Part shown: in pieces, positions 29,681-43,431 of the stretch
Layout: every line of letters starts with the position of its first letter
Numbering within the stretch: position 1 is the stretch's first letter
Assembly (NCBI GenBank): GCA_002269645.1
Contig: NIVC01000692.1
Location: 410,689-474,688, forward strand
Origin: Macrostomum lignano
Taxonomy: Eukaryota
Direction of reading: 5' to 3'
DNA: 64,000 nt
Notes under the pieces: generated by a model
What the model was told of the DNA's origin: nothing
The model's input: the letters and a program-made list of their open reading frames with translations, nothing else
The model's database searches: none
Made by a program: the position numbers and the translations under genes

Positions 29681-30382
29681 ATGGACTTCCTGACCGCTTA
29701 CGAGGCCATCGACACCGACTTCTCCGGCGAGATCACCAGCGAGGAGCTTGAGGCCTACTGCCGCAAGCACAATTACGAGGACAAATTTGTCGAGGTAAGA
29801 TTGCTGCGTGAGACTGAGGCTTCTGAGCAGCTGAGAATACCCCTTGGGTCACTCCTATGCGGCACTCCCGACGCGTCGCCTTGCAGAAGTGGCTCCGCCT
29901 GTTCGATCACGACAACTCCGGGACCATCACCATCGAGGAGTTCTGCGAGACTCTCGGCCTCGTGCCCAAGCAGGAGTACATGTGAGCAGCTGAATTTCAC
30001 GGCGATCGAATAAATCAATAAATCCCAACAATCCCGAATCCCCCCACCAACAACCCAACCCAGGGAGAAGGTGCAGATCAACCGCGAGAAGTCCTCCGGC
30101 GTGATGGACGGCGTCAAGATCATCACAGAGGACCCGGACATGACCGACGAGCTGAAGGAGGAGATCGTCCAGCTGGCGCGCACCGCGCAGGAGCAGTTCG
30201 AAAACGAGCGCGACATTGCCCGCTACATGAAGTCCGAGCTGGACGCGAAGTTCGACCGGGCCTGGCACGTGATCGTCGGCCGGTTCCAGTACGGCTCCTT
30301 CTGCACGCACGAGGTCGGCCGCCTGTTCCACTTCTACGTGGTGCGGAATGCCATCCTGGTGTGGAAGACGCCGGACTACTGA
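29681..30382 (+). CDS. Tegument-allergen-like (TAL) protein: two EF-hands plus a dynein-light-chain-like domain, 175 aa; exons 29681-29794, 29887-29981, 30064-30382
   Basis: MDFLTAYEAIDTDFSGEITSEELEAYCRKHNYEDKFVE|KWLRLFDHDNSGTITIEEFCETLGLVPKQEY|MEKVQ..DMTDELKEEIV..DIARYMKSELDAKFDRAWHVIVG..GSFCTHE..ILVWKTPDY*. It shares YC, W..FD, IEEFC..GL and W[KR]TP with Sm22.6/SmTAL1 as recalled. Splice phases are consistent (528 nt). Confidence 0.93.
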
Positions 30383-31134
30383 TAGACGCCGGCTCCCCCC
30401 TGCTGCCCACGTACTGACTGATCTGTTAGCAGTAAGAAATATCTACCAGCCGTCACTACTCATTACTCTTATCAGTAGTCACTCGCGCTACTAAGGAAGC
30501 CAGCCTACTGTGTCTTGACAATTTTCATTTTTGCTCATCGATTTTTAAATTGTCTTCCATTGATTAAAAACCGCGCAAAATTACCTGCCGCTTTGTGTGA
30601 ATCCAATTTTTATTGCCCGCACTGAATACATTGTCAGCCAGGCGGTGAGCCGAGTGGTTTCAGATCCGCCAGATTAGTTACAATTGGCAGCGCAGCGAGT
30701 TTGTGTCTCGTGTCTCGCATCCGGCACTAACAGTGGGCTCAATTAACCGTGCTCTGGCACAAGCAGCCGTTGAGACAGAAAACAATTGCTTTTTGATTTG
30801 TCTGTTTCAGATTTTGCCGATCAATTCCTGTGCGCCTTAAATCCGCATGAAATCTGACAGTCTGCACTGGCATTGTGACATCCGCTTGGTGCTAGGCAGT
30901 GAAAGCAGCCAGTCTGAGCATTGCTGATCGGTTCATAAGCAATTTATTCGATTGCCTGTCCTACAATAACTGACTTGCCAGTGTCAGTATAGCCGTTATT
31001 TTTCGCATGCTATTAATGCTAGAGAGAGCATGTAGCATTTCTTTACCCCAATCACTAATAGTACGAGCTAGCGCGCTACGCTCACTTTAAAACACCTGGC
31101 ACCAACCAAACCCGAAGCCGTTACCACCTCATCT

Positions 31135-33868
31135 GACTTCTAAGCACACTGATCGATTCCCCTCTCACATCTAAGCACACTGATCGATTCCCCTCTGACA
31201 TCTAAGCACACTGATCAATTCCCCTCTGACATCTAAGCACACTGATCGATTCCCCTCTCACATCTAAGCACACTGATCGATTCCCCTCTGACATCTAAGC
31301 ACACTGATCAATTCCCCTCTGACATCTAAGCACACTGATCGATTCCCCTCTCACATATAAGCACACTGATCAATTCCCCTCTCACATCTAAGCACACTGA
31401 TCAATTCCCCTCTCACATCTAAGCACACTGATCGATTCCCCTCTCACATCTAAGCACACTGATCGATTCCCCTCTCACATCTAAGCACACTGATCGATTC
31501 CCCTCTCATATCTAAGCACTCTGATCGATTCCCCTCTGACATCTAAGCACACTGATCGATTCCCCTCTCACATCTAAGCACACTGATCGATTCCCCTCTC
31601 ACATCTAAGCACACTGATCGATTCCCCTCTCACATCTAAGCACTCTGATCAATTCTCCTCTCACATCTAAGCACACTGATCGATTCCCCTCTGACATCTA
31701 AGCACACTGATCGATTCCCCTCTCACATCTAAGCACACTGATCGATTCTCCTCTCACATCTAAGCACTCTGATCGATTCCCCTCTCACATCTAAGCACTC
31801 TGATCGATTCCCCTCTCACATCTAAGCACACTGATCGATTCCCCTCTCACATCTAAGCACACTGATCGATTCCCCTCTCACATCTAAGCACACTGATCGA
31901 TTCCCCTCTCACATATAAGCACACTGATCAATTCCCCTCTGACATCTAAGCACACCGATCAATTCTCCTCTCACATCTAAGCACACTGATCGATTCCCCT
32001 CTCACATCTAAGCACACTGATCGATTCCCCTCTCACATCTAAGCACACTGATCGATTCCCCTCTCACATCTAAGCACACTGATCAATTCCCCTCTGACAT
32101 CTAAGAACACTGATCAATTCTCCTCTCACATCTAAGCACACTGATCGATTCCCCTCTCACATCTAAGCACACTGATCGATTCCCTCTCACATCTAAGCAC
32201 ACTGATCGATTCCCCTCTCACATCTAAGCACACTGATCGATTCCCCTCTCACATCTAAGCACACTGATCGATTCCCCTCTCACATCTAAGCACACTGATC
32301 GATCCCCCTCTGACATCTAAGCACACTGATCGATTCCCCTCTCACATCTAAGCACACTGATCGATTCCCCTCTCACATCTAAGCACACTGATCGATTCCC
32401 CTCTCACATCTAAGCACACTGATCGATTCCCCTCTCACATCTAAGCACACTGATCGATTCCCCTCTCACATCTAAGCACACTGATCGATTCCCCTCTCAC
32501 ATCTAAGCACACTGATCGATTCCCCTCTGACATCTAAGCACACTGATCGATTCCCCTCTGACATCTAAGCACACTGATCGATTCCCCTCTCACATCTAAG
32601 CACACTGATCGATTCCCCTCTCACATCTAAGCACACTGATCGATTCCCCTCTCACATCTAAGCACACTGATCGATTCCCCTCTCACATCTAAGCACTCTG
32701 ATCGATTCCCCTCTTGCATCTAAGCACACTGATCGATTCCCCTCTCACATCTAAGCACACTGATCGATTCCCCTCTCACATCTAAGCACACTGATCGATT
32801 CCCCTCTCACATCTAAGCACACTGATCGATTCCCCTCTCACATCTAAGCACACTGATCGATTCCCCTCTCACATCTAAGCACACTGATCGATTCCCCTCT
32901 CACATCTAAGCACACTGATCGATTCCCCTCTCACATCTAAGCACACTGATCAATTCCCCTCTGACATCTAAGAACACTGATCAATTCTCCTCTCACATCT
33001 AAGCACACTGATCGATTCCCCTCTGACATCTAAGCACACTGATCGATTCCCCTCTCACATCTAAGCACACTGATCGATTCCCCTCTCACATCTAAGCACA
33101 CTGATCGATTCCCCTCTCACATCTAAGCACACTGATCGATTCCCCTCTCACATCTAAGCACACTGATCGATTCCCCTCTCACATCTAAGCACACTGATCG
33201 ATTCCCCTCTCACATCTAAGCACACTGATCGATTCCCCTCTCACATCTAAGCACACTGATCGATTCCCCTCTCACATCTAAGCACACTGATCGATTCCCC
33301 TCTCACATCTAAGCACACTGATCGATTCCCCTCTCACATCTAAGCACACTGATCGATTCCCCTCTCACATCTAAGCACACTGATCGATTCCCCTCTCACA
33401 TCTAAGCACACTGATCGATTCCCCTCTCACATCTAAGCACACTGATCGATTCCCCTCTCACATCTAAGCACACTGATCGATTCCCCTCTCACATCTAAGC
33501 ACACTGATCGATTCCCCTCTCACATCTAAGCACACTGATCGATTCCCCTCTCACATCTAAGCACTCTGATCGATTCCCCTCTTGCATCTAAGCACACTGA
33601 TCGATTCCCCTCTGACATCTAAGCACACTGATCGATTCCCCTCTGACATCTAAGCACACTGATCGATTCCCCTCTCACATCTAAGCACACTGATCGATTC
33701 CCCTCTCACATCTAAGCACACTGATCGATTCCCCTCTCACATCTAAGCACACTGATCGATTCCCCTCTCACATCTAAGCACACTGATCGATTCCCCTCTC
33801 ACATCTAAGCACACTGATCGATTCCCCTCTCACATCTAAGCACACTGATCGATTCCCCTCTTGCATCT
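31135..33868. repeat. 31-bp minisatellite (CACATCTAAGCACACTGATCGATTCCCCTCT), about 88 copies, intergenic
   Basis: Highly homogeneous tandem array between the TAL and Nkx1 3' ends. Confidence 0.98.
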
Positions 33869-34734
33869 AAACGCACCGAGCGTTTCTCTTAAGCAAGCGA
33901 ATTCTCTAATGTTAAACTTTCTTTTCCAAAGCCCAGCTGCTATTGTTTAAGCGTCAGATCAGTCGAATAGTTACCGAATTTCGCATTAAAACAAATTGTA
34001 TTTTTTTCAACCCGTATTGCCAAATATGTGGGTGGAATTCAAAAATTTATATATGATTATGATTCTGATTGCTTGGACCTGGCAACATCATACCTCCCCT
34101 GTGAACTCGGCGCCCAGAATCCAATAACATTTAAAACTGCTCTTGAGCCGACGATGAGGCTTGCAGTCTCTCAGCCTCAGCAGCGGCGGACACTTGAACC
34201 CGAGCTCGCCCGCCTGATCGCAATCGCTATGAGTTCAAAAACATTTTCTGTCTTGCTGCGCATGCCGCTATTGTGGTGTCTCTGAAATTGCTGTCGGGGC
34301 TGGGGTGGCTGGGGGTAAAGCTTTTGATTTTTGACAGCAAAATGGAGTCAATGACAGCTGACTAATTAATTTTTGCCAGTCGATTGTTGTCAGATTGATA
34401 GTTTTCATGTTTCGGTATTTATATTTTTACACGGGATTTTCAGCAAGATGAAAGGCACACAAAGCAGCCGGCGCCGCTAAAGCAGGAAAAAAGCGACAAA
34501 GAATGGGGCGGGAGCGCTGATCAATCAGGGAAATTGCCGACGCTCGGAATGGGAAAATGTTTATCTGGGATTGCTGTAGGATTGGGCTTGACAGTGCTGT
34601 GCGGGGTTCAGCGATAGACCTTGAAGCAGAGGGCAACAACACGGATTAAAGCAAGAAGGCGGTGCTTCATATGCAGTTTCAAGTAAAGCTCGGTGTACCA
34701 AATTTGTGTAACTAGCGGTCTTTCTCTCAGTTTG

Positions 34735-35931
<1,197 letters not shown>

Positions 35932-37479
35932 TGTTGAATTGGTCCAAGGTCTCACTGGCGCTAACTGCAGGTCTCCGCTGACTTCTAGCTGGGGTAGCCG
36001 CTTCCTGTACGCCACTTAATAAGCAAGCGAAGGGGTGGGTCAGGGGTCTGGGAAGAGTGTTTTGAGCTGGATAAACACGAGTAACTTAGGGAAGAATGGA
36101 GCCCCCCGCCAGCCAATGCTGCTGATTTATCCTCAGCCGCCAATTGCAGTTGAGATCCCCACTCAGCCTCTGAGCCACTCGCTCCCCATCCTCCGGCTTC
36201 CCCTAAAAGCCTCCTAATCCATTTCTCGGGGACACCGTGGCGCAGACAAAAGCTATCATAATTCAATAGCTGGGCAATAGCGATTGTTTAACTTATGCTT
36301 CAAACTTGCTCGGGAATCGGGGAGGCCGGATCAGCAGATTTCGCCATCTATTTGGAACCGACAGCGATAATTTATTGAGCAGCGCTGCCCAGCTGGCGGT
36401 GTCACGGACACCCACGGCTTGTCAGATTCTTGCCTCCCAGCGAATTAGTCCTCCGCCTCCCCGTAAGTGGGATCTAATAAGATAATGCCCCTATCTTAAT
36501 TAGCTGTCTCGCGCTGGGCCCGACCGCCGCTGCCCCGGTTCGGAGTCCTCATATTCCCTAAATCCACTCGCTTGATACACCAGGAAGGGGAGGCAGGCTG
36601 CGTGTCCGGACTGAGCAGAAACTGGGCGGGATCATTGATTTGTCCATGTCAAAGAGATCAATAATTGCAGCATCGATGGGAACTGGTGGAGCAACTCTCT
36701 CGAATATTCTCAATTGGGGGGGTTGGGGTTGAAACGAAAGAAAGGTAAGCGGAAAGCTCAAAACAGATGTATCGGGCCCTGACTGCCTTAATTGCCTGCC
36801 CCACCCCCTAATTTCGGCTAATTGCTGCGGCAGACCAGCTGGGGATCCACTGGGAAACACGCTAGGCCGAGGCAGATGGACCCGGCAATAATTAATTATG
36901 AAATCGAGCCGCACTGGTAGAGGGAGAAGCCCCCCCCCCCCGCTTTTTTCCCATTCCGGGGATACTCGCATGCTTAAAAACAAAGGTAGCTATAGAATGG
37001 GAGAAAAGAGAGGAAGCGAGCGCAAATAGGAAGCTGGATTTCGGGGAGGAGGGGGTTGGGGCTGCTTCATCATAGCCGGGTCCTTGGGCATCATTAGCTG
37101 AAGGCAGTCACAAAAGCAGCGAGCCAGAGCCAGGAGTTTCCTCAATCAGGTGGGTTTGGCTTTTTCTCTTGACGCTAGAAAATCCGCTGTGCCGGCATTG
37201 TGAGGATAAAGGAAAATTTTCTGCGTTCTAAACATGTTAGCTTGGCTAATTTTTTAATCTCGGAGGTGACACAAATATGCTGATATTTTTTGCGGTGCCT
37301 CTATTCTCATATTTTGTCTGCAATTATTTCCTTGCTTAGCAGGTTTGCGAGAGCTGTGCCGGGCTCTCCGAGCACTTCCGGATTAGAGATTTCACACCGC
37401 TCCGCTGCTTTTTACTCTCTGGAACAATTGCTCTTGCAGTGCTGCAACATCCTGTGCCAATCTGGCTGCGATGCGTCAG

Positions 37480-38220
37480 TGGGATCAATCTGGTCAGGGC
37501 CTCGGGGATCAATCTGGTCAGGGTCTCGGGAATCAATCTGGTCAGGGCCTCGGGAATCAATCTGGTCAGGGCCTCGGGAATCAATCTGGTCAGGGCCTCG
37601 GGAATCAATCTGGTCAGGGTCTCGGGAATCAATCTGGTCAGGGCCTCGGGGATCAATCTGGTCAGGGCCTCGGGAATCAATCTGGTCAGGGCCTCGGGAA
37701 TCAATCTGGTCAGGGCCTCGGGAATCAATCTGGTCAGGGCCTCGGGAATCAATCTGGTCAGGGTCTCGGGAGTCAAGCTTGTCAGGGCCTCGGGAATCAA
37801 TCTGGTCAGGGTCTCGGGAATCAATCTGGTCAGGGCCTCGGGAATCAATCTGGTCAGGGCCTCGGGAATCAATCTGGTCAGAGCCTCGGGGATCAATCTG
37901 GTCAGAGCCTCGGGAATCAATCTGGTCAGGGTCTCGGGAGTCAAGCTTGTCAGGGTCTCGGGTGTCAAGCTTGTCAAGGTCTCGGGTGTCAAGGTTGTGA
38001 GGGCCCCGGGAGTCAAGCTTGTCAGGGCCTCGAGTGTCAAGCTTGTCAGGGCCCCGGGAGTCAAGCTTGTCAGGGCCTCGGGTGTCAAGGTTGTCAGGGC
38101 CCCGGGTGTCAAGCTTGTCAGGGCCTCGAGTGTCAAGCTTGTCAGGGCCCCGGGAGTCAAGCTTGTCAGGGCCTCGGGTGTCAAGGTTGTCAGGGCCCCG
38201 GGTGTCAAGCTTGTCAGGTC
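37480..38220. repeat. 24-bp minisatellite with two variant domains (TCAATCTGG then TCAAGCTTG types)
   Basis: About 30 copies of GGGAATCAATCTGGTCAGGGCCTC, switching to GGGAGTCAAGCTTGTCAGGGCCTC-type units in the 3' third. Confidence 0.95.
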
Positions 38221-39299
38221 AATTTCAAGTCACGGATCTCTGAGCTCCGTGCTACAACACATCAGGGCCGGAGTCGCGGCAGCTGGTGCGTGGCGGCAAG
38301 ATCCGCTGATGCCAAGGGGTACGCTCGTAATCGAGTGCTCCATAAACTCAACAGCAGCTCTGGGAAGGCTGCTTCAGGCGAGAAAGTAGCTGATTAAAAA
38401 CAGCTCTCATAACAAAAATCTGTTGTGGCAGTTAGTCAGGAAAAATTCGTGTATTTTCTGTTTTTTTTTAACTGGAAACTCAATTTTGCCTCATCAGTGC
38501 AAAGCCAGTCAGCAGTCAGCAGTCAGCAGTCGACTCTTTCATTGATGACAGGCAAACTGACAGCTCAGGCGGAGCGGAGCGGGGACTTATTCAGGCGCGT
38601 CACCTGCAAACTCTGCTCAGCCAAATCTGCAGGCAAATAGCCTGGCTTGTCTTTGTTAATCTGTCATTCAGTTTCAATAGGAAAAGCGCTGCGGTGGCGC
38701 GAGCGCCAACACGCAAAGCTGACGACCACATCGATTAGCGCTGATTGACGCTTGACTTGAAAAAATGCTTTTAATTACAGTGCCCCCCCCCACCCCAGCC
38801 AGGTGGAGAGGGAGGAGCTTGGCAGGTCTTTCAGCCGCCAAATCTACAGAGCTGTCAGCTGTGATAAACCCGTCGGTGCATCAAAACTCCAAGCCTCAAG
38901 CAATAATGGGGAGGAGGGGGCACGTTTCAGCTTTTTTTGTTAAAGCCATCTGCCCGTTTGGCTCTTAGTTTAAAAGTTTCTCATTGTTTTCGAAAACATT
39001 TCTATCTAACCTCCATTGAATGATAAACACAATTGTTTTTTTTAATAACGACGTCCCACGGCGCAGTTCTGCTCAAATTTAGCCTGCAGGTTGTGCAACC
39101 GGTCTGCTTTTTCTAGTCGAGATCATGATGCCGAGAGAAGCTTTTCCACTCCAATCATTAACTAGAAATAACAACGGGCTGAATCACAACGCCAAAATTT
39201 CACATCGCGATTCCCCAACTTCACGTTTCCCCTACGTACATGTAGCTTACCCTAGCATGCACTCTCGCATGCTCCACTACCCAAATGCCCACTGCTTCA

Positions 39300-39465
39300 C
39301 AACACCCAAACTTCACAATACCCAACCTTCACAGCACCCAAACTTCACAACACCCAAACTTCACAATACCCAAACTTCACAATACCCAAACTTCACAATA
39401 CCCAAACTTCACAATACCCAAACTTCACAACACCCAAACTTTACAATACCCAACCTTGACAATAC
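39300..39465. repeat. 16-bp tandem repeat (CAAACTTCACAATACC)
   Basis: About 9-10 copies. Confidence 0.88.
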
Positions 39466-41504
39466 TAAAACTGTACAATCCGCAACCATTAAAACCTACG
39501 AGTACAAACTTCACAAATCATAGTCGTTTAGTTGGTTCCAGCCCAGGTGGGTTCAGAAGTCCTTGACTGGACTCGCACCGCCAGAGCAGGTCCTGAATAG
39601 CATCCCAGTGTTGGACAAGCTGCAGTTATTTATAGACTCAATGCGTCATTCTCCTACAATGCAGGCCTGTGGGAGGGCGCAATTTCATAATTATCATATT
39701 ATTGTCAATAATTAGTTGCAGCTAATTAGCCGATTACACTGGCCTCAGTCTGACGCCGGCCCATAATATTGATAGGCTGCAGAGTGTTGGGTGACATCAT
39801 GCCTGCCCCGCACAGTGTCATCTGGGAGCTGCTCCATCCCTAATCATTCTGGGATCATGTCCGCCACCAGCCCCCATCATATAGATAGCAGCGCGTTTGA
39901 TGCCTCCCGCGTGAGCGAGCCAGCCAGCCTGACATTGATTTAATAGCGGGATCAATTAGGCTAAATTAATTCGCGGCCGGCCAGCCAGAGCCTCTCTGCC
40001 GGTCAATAATGCTAATAGAATTGTTTGACCGCCATTAGCCGCTCTGAGGTGCGGCACAGACGGCCGGACGGACGGACAGGCTCGCCGCTGCTGCTGGGGG
40101 CTGCTAGCGATCGAGGCGGCGAGGCAATCCTCACTTCTCTGCAACCCGCCGGATATTGCCGGGTCGCGGGGTGGGCCGCCATTTGCCGACTTAATTACAC
40201 AGCCTATTAAGCTATTAGCTGAAGGGGCGCCCGGGTCTGTTTGCTTCTGGGAACAAGCGCGGAAGCAAGCGGATTTTCTTGCCGCTATTTTTTACACTGG
40301 GAGTAGGGGGGGGCGTTTAAGAAATCCTTAAACAAAGAGCGGGACAAGGAAGGGATGCTTCTGTGTGCCAAGGGGGGGCAGAAAGATTTCCCAATACCGG
40401 CTTCTCAGTCGAAGGAAGGAAATTTCCTGTCGCAAGCGCCCCCCTGTACCTCCTGACAGGAACAAATCATTTTGTCGTCTCTGCGCGTCAATGGCCTCCA
40501 AGTCGGTCCGACTGCGGAAAAGAAGCTGCGCCTTGTGCTTGGCCGGCAATTGCCGATGAGGAAGTAGGGGGGGGGGGCTATAATTAATTAGAGCAAATTG
40601 GCGGCAGCAATTCCCAGGGGAAAAAAGAGCTGCTCAGCATGCGGAGGGCGGAGGGCGGAGTGGCGGAGGTTGCAGTTGAGGTGGTCCGCGACTCAAAATT
40701 CTGTAAACACGTGTCGGTGCTGCCCGGTCTGAGGTGCCGGCAGCTGCATTATGAGACCTTCTATCCGCGGGTGGCTAATTATCCCAGGTGCGCCGCCGGC
40801 TCGCTAACCAATTAAATTCCATCCTACAGTCAATTGAATTAGTTGGGCTTTGAGGCGCCACAATTGTTTGCCTGCCGCCCTGTCTCAGTTTTGGGGGGGG
40901 GGGTGGCTCTGCAGGCGCACTGGGCTTCTCATTTCTGGCACTCTTTGCTAATTGAATCTGATGAAGACAAGAAGCTGGCTAAACTCAAGCAACAAGGCAA
41001 ATATTAAAGCGTCAGAACTGGATGGGGCTAGGCGTATAAGAATTTATTTCCATTAATGCTAATAATATTGATGATAACAACAATAATGATAATAATAATA
41101 CTAACACTAACCCGCAACCCCACAAGCAGCAAAAGGAAGGCAAAGGCGGCGGGTTGGCAGCGAGCACAAAGCAGCGACGAGGTGGGGAAGGCGACCCCTT
41201 CAGATGTTGCATTTATTTTGCGCAATACACGGGCGTACGTTGAATTCGAAATTGATCGATAAAACCGGGGAGAATAAAACAAGAGAAATAAACAAAATAA
41301 AAAATCTGAGCACTTAGCACACAAACGGCCAAGCCAGAAAATACTGGGTTTAAGAACCCCCGGCACGCGGCGGAGGGGGGGGGGCCGGAGGAGAGGTGGG
41401 CGTAGAGAGTGGGGTGGGGTTAACACACTTTACACTGAGGCCCACGGAGCAGGCCTAGTGTAAAGTAGACAATAATATTCTCAGAAGGGCGCCCACAACC
41501 AGCT

Positions 41505-41690
41505 ACCCGCTAAGGCAATTCTGCCCAATCCGCTGAATCAAGCGCGCCAATACTGTAGGCAGGCACGCACTTATACACACGCTCACACAGAGTGTACAGT
41601 AGCCCTTTGACTTTCTAACCGTCAGGCATGTGCACTCTCTGTGCCTTGGGGGTTGGCCCTCATGGCTTTGAATCGCACGACAACCCCCAG
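41505..41690 (-). mobile_element. Headless copy of the tRNA-derived SINE
   Basis: AGGCAATTCTGCCCAATCCGCTGA..CACACGCTCACACAGAGTGTACAG..GCATGTGCACTCTCTGTGCCTTGG..GAATCGCACGACAACC matches the family body. Confidence 0.8.
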
Positions 41691-43276
41691 ATTGATGATT
41701 CATCCAGCCCCCCCCCCCCTGATCCGTCCAGATGAAACAGCATCTCGGGCCAAACGCATACTGGCTTCTATTGGACTGTCCTTCACGGAAAGCTGTTCAG
41801 GACTACCAGCGGTCCTTGGTTGCAGTCAGGAGACCAGCAGGCAGCTCTGATCACACTCCATCGCCCCGCTGAGGAAGTATCGCATCGCACAACAAATTCC
41901 ATTCTTGTTGTTCGCCTTTGGCTCTTAACAAAACACGCCAACCTCCCTCCTTCCTCAGCTTCTCCCTCGCCTCATCCGCTTCTCTGCCTCCCCAATTTAA
42001 AAGGCTAATCCTGCGGCCCATCAGGAAAAGCCCCCCCCCTCAAACGAGCGGCGTTGCATTTCATAGAAAATTTCCTGCTCCGCTCATTCAGCACTGGAAT
42101 AGGGGGGGGGGGCTGCGTGAGCTGCAGAACCGATTTCTGCGGAGTGGGGGTAGTAGAAGAAAGAATTGGCTCCTTAAGGAGGCCCCAGCCAGCGCAGAAC
42201 TGCTGGGACTGCTTGGCTGACTGGCAGGAGAGCGGCGTCTCATCCGTCACATTTCATTGGAGACCAGCCAGCCGTAAAATTGGCCAATCAGGGCCGGCAC
42301 CGCCGCTTGAAAAGGCTCTGCCCAGCGCTAGGGAGAAACTGGGATCGGGCAGGCTTAATGTTGTCTTAATTGATCCATTAAAGTTAACTGGACCGGCGCG
42401 AGGCCAGGCCAGTGCGTAGTGCCGGTCTGGTACAGAAATTCTCTCAGGCAAGGAGCCAATCCCAAGATTGCTTAGAGCGACTTTTCCACTATCTGCATCA
42501 ATTTTGTCATTGTATTCCCAGTCTGAGCAGAGCATGAGTTCCTTGATTTCTTTGTAAGCTAATGGAGTGGCAGGCTGAGTTTTTGCGGAAGACTCGCGCA
42601 TTCCAATGCAATAATTATTAATAATTAGGCTTCCTCCCGCTAATTGCCGGCCCCAAACCTCTGTCAGCGGCCGCTGCCTCTCTGAACTCCGCGCCTCTTT
42701 CCGTTACCCCAGCCACTCGTCTCAAGTGCTGCGAAGGCATAATTCTATTAATTTTTGCGCACAAAGCAACAGTGCCATTATTCTTCTTTTTAATTGTAGC
42801 CAGACGACTGCGTGGCAGCGGAGAGCTTGCCTACCGACAGTTTCCAGCTTTAAGATCCATTTTTTTCTGTTCCCTGGAATTGAAAGATTTTTTGCATCAT
42901 TAAACAGCCTGCTGGCAAGGTAAATAATGTGCGTGAGTGAGACACACGGACGTAATTGCTGCAGCCTCTGAAATCCCTGACCAGCACAGCTATTCAATAG
43001 TTTGCTTGCCGGTCTCTCGGGACTCGGAGCTCGGAAGCTGCACAGGGAAGAAGCACCTTCCCTGGCATCATGGAGCTCCTGCCTTTTAACAGGACTTGAA
43101 ACCAAAGCTGCTCACGCAATTGTAAATTTGATGGCCAAAGCTTGTGAGCATCATTATTGAATTGCTAAATCACCAGCAACTGAACTCTTGGCTTGTAGAG
43201 AAATATATAACACTGTGCTACTCGTATCGGCTACTTTAAGTAGTGTAGCGCAGCAATACTCGTGCCCTAAAAATTC

Positions 43277-43399
43277 ATGAGCTTGCTTATAAATTCGCTC
43301 ATGAACTCGCTCATGCATTCACTCATGAATTCACCCATGTACTCACTCATGACCACACTCAAGATCGTACTTATATACTCACTCTATCACTTACTCATG

Positions 43400-43431
<32 letters not shown>

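Noticed and set aside
42254-42601. 115-aa minus-strand ORF with protein-like composition (KEIKELMLCSDWEYNDKIDAD...)
   Set aside because: No recognisable domain, splice partners or homology could be supported from sequence alone.
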